A stretch of 64,000 nucleotides of DNA. It comes from a virus (taxonomy: Duplodnaviria > Caudoviricetes). How positions within the stretch are numbered: the stretch's first letter is position 1; every line of letters begins with the position of its first letter. The DNA is taken from IMG/VR virus record IMGVR_UViG_3300010163_000009, positions 1 through 64,000 of that record; one strand, written 5' to 3'. Below the pieces are notes generated by a model. That model saw only the letters and a program-made list of their open reading frames with translations. It had not been told where the DNA came from and did not search any database. The position numbers were made by a program, and so were the translations under genes. This document shows positions 1 to 8,423 of this stretch, one piece after another.

Positions 1-1
1 C

Positions 2-307
2 CCGAAGAAACATCTCGGCACGTATCAGGTCTTTACATGGCTTTGTGGATGATGTTTTTTTCGCCTTGAACCATGCAATCGCAGTCGTGGAGTCAGTATA
101 AATAATTCGAGGCTGAAAGTCATTCTCAATGATGAACTTTACAGCCTCGACAACAGCAAGAAATTCGCCTATATTGGTGGTCTGGTTTCCTAAATCCCTA
201 TAAAAAATTCGCTCTTTAGTTGCTATATTTATACCTTGATATTCCGTTTTGCCATTCTTCATGGAATGAGCCGCATCAGTAGCGATTCCCTCGACTGGTC
301 TTCTCAT
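2..307 (-). CDS. rnhA: Ribonuclease HI (partial, runs off the window start)
   Basis: Not in the ORF track. Manual translation from ATG at 307: MRRPVEGIATDAAHS...TTNIGEFLAVVEAVKF...IIYTDSTTAIAW, showing the RNase HI acidic D/E/D motifs. Confidence 0.85.
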   Translation of the reverse strand, partial: MRRPVEGIATDAAHSMKNGKTEYQGINIATKERIFYRDLGNQTTNIGEFLAVVEAVKFIIENDFQPRIIYTDSTTAIAWFKAKKTSSTKPCKDLIRAEMFLR

Positions 308-896
308 GTTTGCCTTTCTTGTTATGGATTTCACGCATATCCTGTTTCATTTGTTCAACAAGTTCAATTGCAGTGGTATTAAAGTTTTCAACAACATACA
401 GCAAATCTTTGACATCGCATCGCTTTTCCAGTAAGGCCAAGCAAGCAGGCAGTGATTTTACCGTTTCCTTCTGTCCATGAAAAGGATCAAAGCATATAGT
501 CTTGTTACCGAAACTTACTTCTACCTTATATATAGATCCACGTACATATTTAGTGGTAATAGTAGCTTTGAACTGTCTGGGATTTGCTTCAATGGCGATA
601 TAGCCCGGAATATAATCTTCACCGGTTTCCTTGTTCTTGACCTTTTTCATCGGTATGAGTACACAATCATACAGTACTTTGGGGAGTATGTGGCTTGACA
701 TCTCCCGGTCAACAATGACAATCTTTTTGGGATAAGGGGAATCTTGACGTACTCCGCTTACAACGCCATTTACAGGATTCTGGGAAACAAAACTGATAAG
801 CGCCTCATTCTTCTCGGATTTAATAAACTTGAGCATCGTGTATATTTTTTCCACACCAGCTCCGTTTGTTTCGATTTTGTTGGTATCTTGTTCCAT
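276..896 (-). CDS. Hypothetical protein
   Basis: 206-aa ORF downstream of a TAnnTTTG element; overlaps the RNase H start. Confidence 0.75.
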   Translation of the reverse strand: MEQDTNKIETNGAGVEKIYTMLKFIKSEKNEALISFVSQNPVNGVVSGVRQDSPYPKKIVIVDREMSSHILPKVLYDCVLIPMKKVKNKETGEDYIPGYIAIEANPRQFKATITTKYVRGSIYKVEVSFGNKTICFDPFHGQKETVKSLPACLALLEKRCDVKDLLYVVENFNTTAIELVEQMKQDMREIHNKKGKHEKTSRGNRY

Positions 897-961
897 CGTG
901 ACTATTATGATTATTCAAAATAAAAATACCACTGAACCGCAATTAGTGCGACCCAGTGGTA

Positions 962-969
962 CAAAGTTA
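962..969 (-). promoter_or_regulatory. Bacteroidetes housekeeping promoter -7 element
   Basis: TAACTTTG on the minus strand, upstream of the 896 ORF. Confidence 0.6.
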
Positions 970-1141
970 GATTATAAAAGCCGAATTTTAGCGGTTTTTG
1001 ATAATGAATTTTTGTATTAAATGCTGATAATCAATCGTTTAATATTAAGTTGAAATTGATACTCAAATTAAATATAATCGCTTTAATTCAGCTTATTAAA
1101 CAGGTCACGGTTACATCGTTTTCCTGTTAAGACGAAAAAAA

Positions 1142-1447
1142 TCAATAATCCATTTCTTTTTCTGCTTTTATACGTTCTATGTTCGGCAAATCAAGTACTC
1201 CATCGTCATTTCGGTAGTCAATGATACACACTTCGGTACCATCGCTTCCCAATAAAGAAAGGACTGGTAGATCATCTGGCATGATGCCTACACCGGATTC
1301 TAAAACGTGAATGGTTGATAACGATTTTAACGCTCGATTGACATCTTCTCCCAGAACCATATATTGTCCCGGAATATGATAAAGAATGAGCGCTTTAGGG
1401 TGCAACGCTTTGTAATAGTCATGCACTTCAATTTGTTTTGCGTTCAT
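1142..1447 (-). CDS. Small MutS domain I-like protein
   Basis: YYKALHPKALILYHIPGQYMVLGEDV resembles the MutS N-terminus pattern Y..K..YPDAILLFRVGDFYE.FGEDA. Confidence 0.5.
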   Translation of the reverse strand: MNAKQIEVHDYYKALHPKALILYHIPGQYMVLGEDVNRALKSLSTIHVLESGVGIMPDDLPVLSLLGSDGTEVCIIDYRNDDGVLDLPNIERIKAEKEMDY

Positions 1448-1458
1448 ATCGATAATGA

Positions 1459-1821
1459 TTATAGTTTAATGCTATCTACTGCACATTTCTCACATAGACC
1501 ATTGAATCTCTTACGCTCACTTTGAGAAATCTCTTTATTGCATTTTGAGCAATAGTACACTGGTCGCTTTCGATGAAATAAAAAACCCCTCACTTTCTGA
1601 GGGGTTAGACCATATTTGTTTGAAATAGCCTGAAGAATGAGCTTCGGTAATGCTTTTGTCGTTTTTCGCTGGGTGTGATATTCATATTCCAAAACCATAC
1701 GAATTGCGACATCATTGGCGAGCAATCCTAAAGCATCAAGTTTCTGAAGGTCAACCGCAGGAAATCCGGTTACGGCAGAAAGCTTATTGTACTCATCGTC
1801 TGAAAATTGGAAACGTCTCAT
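1459..1821 (-). CDS. Putative DNA-binding protein (HTH-like plus C-terminal Zn finger)
   Basis: AISNKYGLTPQKVRGFLF helix-turn-helix-like segment; CSKC...CEKC. Confidence 0.55.
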   Translation of the reverse strand: MRRFQFSDDEYNKLSAVTGFPAVDLQKLDALGLLANDVAIRMVLEYEYHTQRKTTKALPKLILQAISNKYGLTPQKVRGFLFHRKRPVYYCSKCNKEISQSERKRFNGLCEKCAVDSIKL

Positions 1822-2078
1822 GGCTTCTTGGTTTTTTGCTTTTTCTTAGGATTTGCAAACTCTTCAATTTTGCTTCGTATTTTGTCTATAGAATCTACAA
1901 ATTCATCAAGGGTGTCCATTGCATCCTGCATGGAAAATCCCCTGGAAGATTCTTGAAGACTTTCCGGAAGTGAATACAATGCGTCTTCTTCATCATTCCT
2001 GATTTCACCAATTCTGTCGATTGCTTCATCCAATAGTTCTGTGACTTCCAGTAATTCTTCTCTTCGTTCTTTGTTCAT
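1818..2078 (-). CDS. Hypothetical helical phage protein
   Basis: 86-aa ORF; stop overlaps the next start. Confidence 0.7.
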   Translation of the reverse strand: MNKERREELLEVTELLDEAIDRIGEIRNDEEDALYSLPESLQESSRGFSMQDAMDTLDEFVDSIDKIRSKIEEFANPKKKQKTKKP

Positions 2079-2089
2079 TAAAATGCTTA

Positions 2090-2557
2090 TTATATTTCTA
2101 TCTTCATTTCAAGAGTATCAGCCAGCTTCAAGAATGTGTCAATCCTTAAATCACATCGTCCATCCTCAAAAGCCTCCAAAACTGATATATAAGTGGATGA
2201 TTGTTTAGCCAGATCCCGTATAGACAATCCGGCAGACATACGGATTGCAATTATTGCTTTCCTCAAACCGTCTATATTATCAGTAGAATATGTGACATCG
2301 CGCCCTTTGATTTCCATGCTTGTACCACACATTTTAAGATATAAGAACACATTTTCCATGACATAATCAAATGTGCCTTTCTCAAGGGCGTCTACCTTAT
2401 TTTTATTAAGTTGGAGGGCGTAAGGCAAACTGTCTTTTAGCCTTACTTGTGCCTTATTCTTTAATTTTACAAGTTTAGTACTAAATTCTGAACGATTCAT
2501 ATCAATTTGTTTTAATTTAATCTTTATGATTTTTATAATAGGGTATAGCCACTTCAC
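2090..2557 (-). CDS. XRE-family HTH protein (likely start MNRSEF at 2500)
   Basis: IRMSAGLSIRDLAKQSSTYISVLEAFEDGRCDLRIDTFLKLADTL matches the Cro/C1 HTH pattern. Confidence 0.75.
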   Translation of the reverse strand: MKWLYPIIKIIKIKLKQIDMNRSEFSTKLVKLKNKAQVRLKDSLPYALQLNKNKVDALEKGTFDYVMENVFLYLKMCGTSMEIKGRDVTYSTDNIDGLRKAIIAIRMSAGLSIRDLAKQSSTYISVLEAFEDGRCDLRIDTFLKLADTLEMKIEI

Positions 2558-2933
2558 ATATAAGCCCTATAATAATTCCTGCAAAAATGGTAATAAGTAA
2601 AGTTGCTTCAAATTCATGGTTGAGTCCCCAAAAAAAGAAAATAATGCACGCGGCAATTATATGAAACACAACAGCTACGATTAAAGACCATTTTATTACT
2701 TTAAAATATAACGTAATCAGAGGATGCCAAAATTGGTTTTGGGGTAACGTTTTTTCAGTCTTAATGTTTGCGACAATGCACAGGAAGCAACCTATGAGAA
2801 TAACCGGCAAAGCAGACAACGCTATTTGCATTACAGCTCCTTCGTTATAAAAGATAGGCAAAGACAACGGTAGCATAAACAGAATCCCAATATTTATTAA
2901 GGCTTTGCCTAATGTTAATATTTTTTGACGCAT
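2517..2933 (-). CDS. Membrane protein (about 4 TM)
   Basis: Four long hydrophobic segments. Confidence 0.7.
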   Translation of the reverse strand: MRQKILTLGKALINIGILFMLPLSLPIFYNEGAVMQIALSALPVILIGCFLCIVANIKTEKTLPQNQFWHPLITLYFKVIKWSLIVAVVFHIIAACIIFFFWGLNHEFEATLLITIFAGIIIGLICEVAIPYYKNHKD

Positions 2934-2942
2934 ATCAGTTGA

Positions 2943-3284
2943 TTACATTATGAATTTGTAAGCGAATCCTATAGTAAATGCCATTCCTGGAATAGCAGAT
3001 GCGATTGCCGCAATTATCTTGAACCCTGTTAGCCTTGGAAACAATACACCCGATTTGGACAAGACAAATTTCCAATATAACATAGTTATCAGACCTACAA
3101 TTACACTGATGCCAATGCCTATTAAACCTGATAGTAAGGCATTTATAGACCATGTTTCATTTTTGTCAGTATCTATAAAGATGCCCAAAATGAGAAAAAA
3201 CATCGCAGAAAGCAATGCTCCACTTCCAAAGCCCATAAGTATCAACATCGTGGTATCTACACCATCTTTTTTTTCTTGTTTCAT
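2943..3284 (-). CDS. Membrane protein (about 3 TM); start reassigned to MKQEKK
   Basis: Three hydrophobic segments; the track's longer start lies inside the structured leader. Confidence 0.65.
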   Translation of the reverse strand: MKQEKKDGVDTTMLILMGFGSGALLSAMFFLILGIFIDTDKNETWSINALLSGLIGIGISVIVGLITMLYWKFVLSKSGVLFPRLTGFKIIAAIASAIPGMAFTIGFAYKFIM

Positions 3285-3311
3285 ACTTTCTAAATTATAT
3301 TTGTATAGACA

Positions 3312-3460
3312 CAAGAAAAGTGGGCTGCCATCCATGCAAATCTGTGGGCATCGCCAAACGCCTATATGTACGCACGGGTAGGCAGCCCACGTATATGAGC
3401 TGTCTCCGTGCCTCGTACATATTTGTTTAAATTGGCGATTTAACAGATTTGAGGCACTTT
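3312..3460 (-). promoter_or_regulatory. Structured 5' leader with alternative pairings (attenuator-like)
   Basis: Six complementary segment pairs between the promoter at 3494-3501 and the ATG at 3284; one stem is followed by a U-rich tract on the minus strand. Confidence 0.6.
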
Positions 3461-3493
3461 TCTAATATGTCTTATTATGACTAAAAGTCGTTG

Positions 3494-3501
3494 CAAATTT
3501 A
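3494..3501 (-). promoter_or_regulatory. Bacteroidetes -7 promoter element
   Basis: TAAATTTG on the minus strand. Confidence 0.6.
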
Positions 3502-3563
3502 TAAAATCTCATTGAATTTCCAGCAATTTAAAGAAATGATTGATTGATCGTTGTGATTATTTC

Positions 3564-3800
3564 TCAGATTGTTACAGTTACGGTCTTACGTAGTTCACCG
3601 GTGTACCCATGTGACCTCAGTGCTTTTAGCAACAAATCTACTGGAACCAATTGAGCGGTATCATCGTCTTCCAGGACCAGTGAAGCCTTAAAAGCAGAAT
3701 ATTCCGGGCACATACTTTTATTTGCCATCGGGCATTTGTCTCTGTGTGACGCCTTTCTGTAAGTACAATCTTTACAGAATTGCCTAAGCCTTTCATTCAT
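3564..3800 (-). CDS. Small Cys-rich protein with C-terminal LRxxGYTGEL module
   Basis: CKDC..C..C plus DLLLKALRSHGYTGELRKTVTVTI. Confidence 0.7.
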   Translation of the reverse strand: MNERLRQFCKDCTYRKASHRDKCPMANKSMCPEYSAFKASLVLEDDDTAQLVPVDLLLKALRSHGYTGELRKTVTVTI

Positions 3801-3979
3801 ACGTTCACTACTTTTACGAGTCTGAGTTCTCCATTATAACCACGACGCCTGAGTTCTCCAAACAGGTTCTCGTCACTGAAGTCGGCCAAGCTGAGAATTG
3901 CTTTATTCCCAGGCTGGGGTTGATACTCTTTGGGGCGAACTTCATCTTTTTTCGGTGTTTTTTTACTTGTTGTTGCCAT
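3797..3979 (-). CDS. Small protein with ELRRRGYxGEL module
   Basis: FSDENLFGELRRRGYNGELRLVKVVNV; the module is shared with the 3564 and 25679 ORFs. Confidence 0.7.
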   Translation of the reverse strand: MATTSKKTPKKDEVRPKEYQPQPGNKAILSLADFSDENLFGELRRRGYNGELRLVKVVNV

Positions 3980-4088
3980 TTTTCTAATGTTTTTATTGAT
4001 TAAATTTATATTTTTGCAAAATAAAGATGAGAGCCGGAATATACCAGTACCCAGACTCTCATCTGCAAGTGAGTTGACTTACGCCTAA

Positions 4089-4301
4089 TTATGCCGGCTG
4101 CAAGTCTGAATCGCGAGCAAATCCTTTTAGAACGGTGTTGTCAACTTCAACGCGATAGAAGAACTCGTGTTCGTCCGCATCGTTCTCGCTGAAAGAAGCA
4201 TAAACCTTCTTTATTTTGCCTACCTTCCCCTCATACTGAGGCTGAAGGCTGTTACTCACGATTGTTACTCTGTCATTTGTTTTGTACTTTGCTGTTTTCA
4301 T
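4089..4301 (-). CDS. Small SH3/KOW-like beta-barrel protein
   Basis: KYKTNDRVTIV...YEGKVGKIKKV...YRVEVD pattern. Confidence 0.55.
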   Translation of the reverse strand: MKTAKYKTNDRVTIVSNSLQPQYEGKVGKIKKVYASFSENDADEHEFFYRVEVDNTVLKGFARDSDLQPA

Positions 4302-4306
4302 TGTTG

Positions 4307-4567
4307 TTACGCATTAAATTTTTCTCTCCATGCCAAATAGTCTTCACGAGCTTGCGCAAGAATCTCAGGCGCTTTAGATTTCAAATCTTCCACTCTTACA
4401 ATGGGAACTCCATCATAAGCAATGTATAAACGACCATTAAACTCGGTTACATTAATGTTTTTGCAACTAATGTTTTCAAGTTGCTTTAATCGACGTGCTT
4501 GATGTGTAGCTTGAGAGTTTTCTTTGATGCGCTTCAACCAATTGCGAATAGCATTGATGAATTTCAT
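4307..4567 (-). CDS. Hypothetical protein
   Basis: 86-aa ORF in a co-oriented run. Confidence 0.65.
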   Translation of the reverse strand: MKFINAIRNWLKRIKENSQATHQARRLKQLENISCKNINVTEFNGRLYIAYDGVPIVRVEDLKSKAPEILAQAREDYLAWREKFNA

Positions 4568-4632
4568 TTACATATCTGTTAAATGATTTAGAAGTTATTA
4601 TTGTGACATAAGCCACCATATCAATTTGATTT

Positions 4633-5013
4633 TTATTCGTTTCCTTTTACAAAATCTTTCATTTCTTCCTTGTTTATCTGAGAGTAGTTTGCAACCCAAA
4701 GACGCGCTTTTACTCTAATATAACCATGCTCATCATCTAAGATTGACCAAGATATTATGTCTGAGTTGACAATCGCATCAGCCAAATCACGTTTAACGCA
4801 TTGTATCATGTATTTGGGGTCATTATCACGAGTGAAACGAAACGCGTCTGTTTTATCAAACCTCCTGTCTAACTGAACAAGTTTGAAACGTTCAGACGAC
4901 AGAAAGTTTATAATTGGGCGTGGATGTAAAATAGATACACTCATTGGATCAAGCTTGCGTGCTAATTTCACAAACCATTTAGCAATTATTTGTCTTAACT
5001 TCATATTATTCAA
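4633..5013 (-). CDS. Hypothetical protein
   Basis: 126-aa ORF in a co-oriented run. Confidence 0.6.
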   Translation of the reverse strand: MNNMKLRQIIAKWFVKLARKLDPMSVSILHPRPIINFLSSERFKLVQLDRRFDKTDAFRFTRDNDPKYMIQCVKRDLADAIVNSDIISWSILDDEHGYIRVKARLWVANYSQINKEEMKDFVKGNE

Positions 5014-5560
5014 AGACTTTGATAAACGCTTTCAACATTTCTCTTTTCTCATAGACACACTCTGGTACATCTTCAGCAGTAAGCGTGCCATTAAGAATCT
5101 TCTCTCGAACCTGTGTGGCAGAAATCCCCTCAACACACATATTACGGGCCATAAGAGATAATGACACACAGTTTCTCAGAAGGAATCCTGGAAACCAAGA
5201 TGTAATAGTTTCGTAGCCATCAGAATAGTAGATGGTGAATCCCGGTTCCTTCGTTTGGGTTACGATGAACGAGTAAAGATAGAATCCCCAGTCATGGCTG
5301 TTGTCAGACTCATCGGTCAAGTCAGGAAGCTCAACAACTTTGATTTTCTCTTTGTTCCCAGGCACAAGAAAATTGTCATCAATTGTTTGTTCTACCATTT
5401 CTTTACGTATAGTCCACGGAATAGGATTACGCTGAGAGAGTTTGTCTATCGAACCTATAATAATCAATACTTGTTCATTTTCAGCAACTGCCTGTTTTAT
5501 CAATGCAAGGTGTCCATTGTGAATTGGCTGGAACCGAGCCAATATAACTCCTGTTTTCAT
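5006..5560 (-). CDS. Nicotinamide mononucleotide adenylyltransferase (NadM-like); start MKTGVILARF
   Basis: ARFQPIHNGH (HxGH motif), IIIGS...RNP, ISATQVRE. Confidence 0.8.
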   Translation of the reverse strand: MKTGVILARFQPIHNGHLALIKQAVAENEQVLIIIGSIDKLSQRNPIPWTIRKEMVEQTIDDNFLVPGNKEKIKVVELPDLTDESDNSHDWGFYLYSFIVTQTKEPGFTIYYSDGYETITSWFPGFLLRNCVSLSLMARNMCVEGISATQVREKILNGTLTAEDVPECVYEKREMLKAFIKVFE

Positions 5561-5573
5561 ATTTGCTGCAATT

Positions 5574-5939
5574 TTATTGTTTTGCCCATTCTTCCAAACC
5601 GTTAGATAATTCGCTTCTGATAAAAAGCATATCGCCACTTCCGTCACCCCACCAATCGTTACATTGACTGAGGAAACGCCCCATGTGATTGTCTGGACAC
5701 AATTTCTTGTATATAGACTTAAACATCACAGCCACTTTACGTCCACTGAAATGCCCGGCGTTCTTTGCATCATTGGTGCAATAGCCCCATGCGCTAACGG
5801 TTTCAACATCGCCCGCTTCATTGCGGAACTCCATATCACAATCACCCCATGCACCATAATTGATAGTGTCTTTCAGCAATTGTTGTTCATCAACGGTTAG
5901 TTGGGATTCGATAACGCTGATTACTTCTAATTCTTCCAT
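5574..5939 (-). CDS. Hypothetical phage protein
   Basis: 121-aa acidic ORF. Confidence 0.7.
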   Translation of the reverse strand: MEELEVISVIESQLTVDEQQLLKDTINYGAWGDCDMEFRNEAGDVETVSAWGYCTNDAKNAGHFSGRKVAVMFKSIYKKLCPDNHMGRFLSQCNDWWGDGSGDMLFIRSELSNGLEEWAKQ

Positions 5940-5956
5940 TTTATTAGTTTTTATGG

Positions 5957-6352
5957 TTATCGATTAGCTAAATCAAACTCTGGCAACCGTTCAATTACTT
6001 TTTGGTAAAGCTCTTCTACTGGAACCATGTTGCGCCCAGAATAATCTTGTCTATGACAAGCGTTAGCTAATACTTCTCCGCTAAATAAACCCAATTGAAC
6101 GGCTCTTAATACAGCAATCATTTTTGATATATCTCGATTGCAGATGTCATTCCAGAATACGTATATATCAGTTCCATATATACCTTCTCGGTCAAGATCA
6201 AGAATAAATCCAAATCCACCCATTAGATTTTGTGGATCTATTCTTTCACCTTCTTTTATGAGGAGCATACAGACATTCATAGCCCCCATATTTCCTTCAA
6301 CCATTTTAGTAATTGCACCAACTACACTATCTGATAATGTTATTCTTTCCAT
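5957..6352 (-). CDS. Hypothetical phage protein
   Basis: 131-aa ORF. Confidence 0.7.
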   Translation of the reverse strand: MERITLSDSVVGAITKMVEGNMGAMNVCMLLIKEGERIDPQNLMGGFGFILDLDREGIYGTDIYVFWNDICNRDISKMIAVLRAVQLGLFSGEVLANACHRQDYSGRNMVPVEELYQKVIERLPEFDLANR

Positions 6353-6367
6353 AATGCTTTAATAAAT

Positions 6368-7576
6368 TTATTCCTTTGCCTTGAAATTATAAATTGGACG
6401 AATGATTTTTTGAATTTCCACAGTTTCTTGAATAGCATCTACTATGGATTGCATAGGCTTATAAGCCATAGGCGCTTCATCCAAAGTTGATTCACATACA
6501 GAAGTAGAATATACGTTAGACATCTCTTCTGTAAATTGTTGTACAGATAATGACTCCTTTGCCTTTTTACGTGACATCAAACGTCCAGCTCCATGAGGTG
6601 CTGAGTAATTCCAGTCTGGATTGCCTTTTCCGACACATAGTAACGAACCGTCACGCATATTCATTGGAATAATCAACATTTCTCCAGCATTAGCTCTTAC
6701 TGCTCCCTTTCGTAGTATAGTACCGGCGCTGGAGAAGTCAATATAATTATGAATTGTGTGAAAAGGTTGCAGAGACGAACTTATACTCAACTGAAGCTTT
6801 GATAGAATAATGTATGCTATAGTTTCTCGGTTAATTTGAGCATACATTTGAACTATATTCATATCATAAAGATAATTATCCTTAACCTCACCAGTAAGAT
6901 ATGCTAATGTTTCAGGGACGGTATTAGCTTGTGCCTTGGCTTTCGATAACTCAGATTGGATTTCTTGCTCTCGCCCTTCTGACTTTAAGCGTTGAATAAT
7001 CTCATTACAATTAGCGTAGCCATGACGACATAATGCCCTGGCAGTATTTTGATAATATTGACATATTCTAACCCCTAAATTACGACTCCCAGAATGTATC
7101 ACAAGATACTTATTACCTGTATCATCTTCATTCAATTCTATAAAATGATTTCCACCACCTAATGAACCTATTGCACAATTCGCCTTATCAATATCAACAG
7201 CTTCAATACACTTTAACTGTGATAAAAATGGGAAATCATACACTGGTGCTTGATGAATAGCACTCCCAGAAGGTATTGCTGTATGAACCACTTTGTCTAA
7301 TTGCATGAGGTCAATGCCAATCTTGCCAAGTGGAACGACAAACATGCCACACCCTATATCTACGCCAACAAGATTAGGCGTAATCGCTTCATCTATTAAC
7401 ATTGTAGTACCAATGGTGCAACCCTTGCCAGCGTGTACATCGGGCATTATTCGTATATGCGAATTTTGATATGGCTTGAAATCAGCCAATTGCTGTATTT
7501 GAGCCAACGCTGCATCTTCGAGAATGTCTCCGAAAATCTTCACGTCTTGCCCTATTGAGTTTTGAAATATCTTCAT
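6368..7576 (-). CDS. rtcB: RtcB family RNA ligase (copy 1)
   Basis: MPDVHAGKG, VGVDIGCGM, GSLGGGNHFIE, HSGSR, HNY, SAPHGAGR, DEAPMAYK. Confidence 0.95.
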   Translation of the reverse strand: MKIFQNSIGQDVKIFGDILEDAALAQIQQLADFKPYQNSHIRIMPDVHAGKGCTIGTTMLIDEAITPNLVGVDIGCGMFVVPLGKIGIDLMQLDKVVHTAIPSGSAIHQAPVYDFPFLSQLKCIEAVDIDKANCAIGSLGGGNHFIELNEDDTGNKYLVIHSGSRNLGVRICQYYQNTARALCRHGYANCNEIIQRLKSEGREQEIQSELSKAKAQANTVPETLAYLTGEVKDNYLYDMNIVQMYAQINRETIAYIILSKLQLSISSSLQPFHTIHNYIDFSSAGTILRKGAVRANAGEMLIIPMNMRDGSLLCVGKGNPDWNYSAPHGAGRLMSRKKAKESLSVQQFTEEMSNVYSTSVCESTLDEAPMAYKPMQSIVDAIQETVEIQKIIRPIYNFKAKE

Positions 7577-7589
7577 TGTCTTCTAATAA

Positions 7590-8423
7590 TTATTTAGGGT
7601 ATAAAACACTATACACTTTCTTTTCTTGTTCTGTAACTGGGTTCTGAAGATGCCATTTATACGAATCGCAACCACCACACGGGCGAAAGCTGAACAGCTT
7701 TTGATTGATATGAGAAAGTGGTTCCGATATATTCGCAACGACCTTACATTGTTCTGATTCTCCAAGCCGAATACTTCCATCCCAGCTGACGATTGGCAAA
7801 CAAAAACGCTGATTGTATTCCATCAATGCCCCAATGCCTAACATTTTAACGCTCTTGAATTGAGTTAAAATCAAAGCTGAATTAGCGCACGACGGAAAAC
7901 CATTAAAGCGTTTTGCTTCTTCATAACATTTGCCGCTACAAGCACGACCAAGGGGTTTCATTTGTATGTCACCAGGATTGTCACATAAAGTAACTTTATC
8001 TCCAAATAGTCTCAACGCTTTTAAGTTTGGTTTATGCACCTCATCATAATTGGCATACAAACCTTTGAATGATGAAATCTGTAAGAAAAAGCCAGATTTA
8101 TTTTTTACCATATTGGCAAACTTTTCAACAAAATTGTGGTCTTGCAGAAAAGTGCCATTTGATAATACTGAAACAGTTAAAAATCCACTGTTTAGTGCCA
8201 TTGCAAGAAAGTCGAAAAACAGAGGGTGAGAAGTCGGCTCTCCTCCAGAAATCATAAGCACTCTCGACCCTATGCTCTGCGCAAAACGAAGTGCTTGACT
8301 AAATACGTCTTTATTCATCATTTCATTGCGTTCTGGTCCTGCATTCTGCATACAATGCGGACAACGCAATGTACAGTGTTGCGTTATATTGATAATCATA
8401 AATATTATTTTTATTTCATCCAA
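7590..8423 (-). CDS. Radical SAM protein with extra C-terminal cysteines
   Basis: CTLRCPHC (CxxxCxxC), SGGEPT, LSNG; C-terminal Cys cluster (CGGC). Confidence 0.9.
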   Translation of the reverse strand: MDEIKIIFMIINITQHCTLRCPHCMQNAGPERNEMMNKDVFSQALRFAQSIGSRVLMISGGEPTSHPLFFDFLAMALNSGFLTVSVLSNGTFLQDHNFVEKFANMVKNKSGFFLQISSFKGLYANYDEVHKPNLKALRLFGDKVTLCDNPGDIQMKPLGRACSGKCYEEAKRFNGFPSCANSALILTQFKSVKMLGIGALMEYNQRFCLPIVSWDGSIRLGESEQCKVVANISEPLSHINQKLFSFRPCGGCDSYKWHLQNPVTEQEKKVYSVLYPK

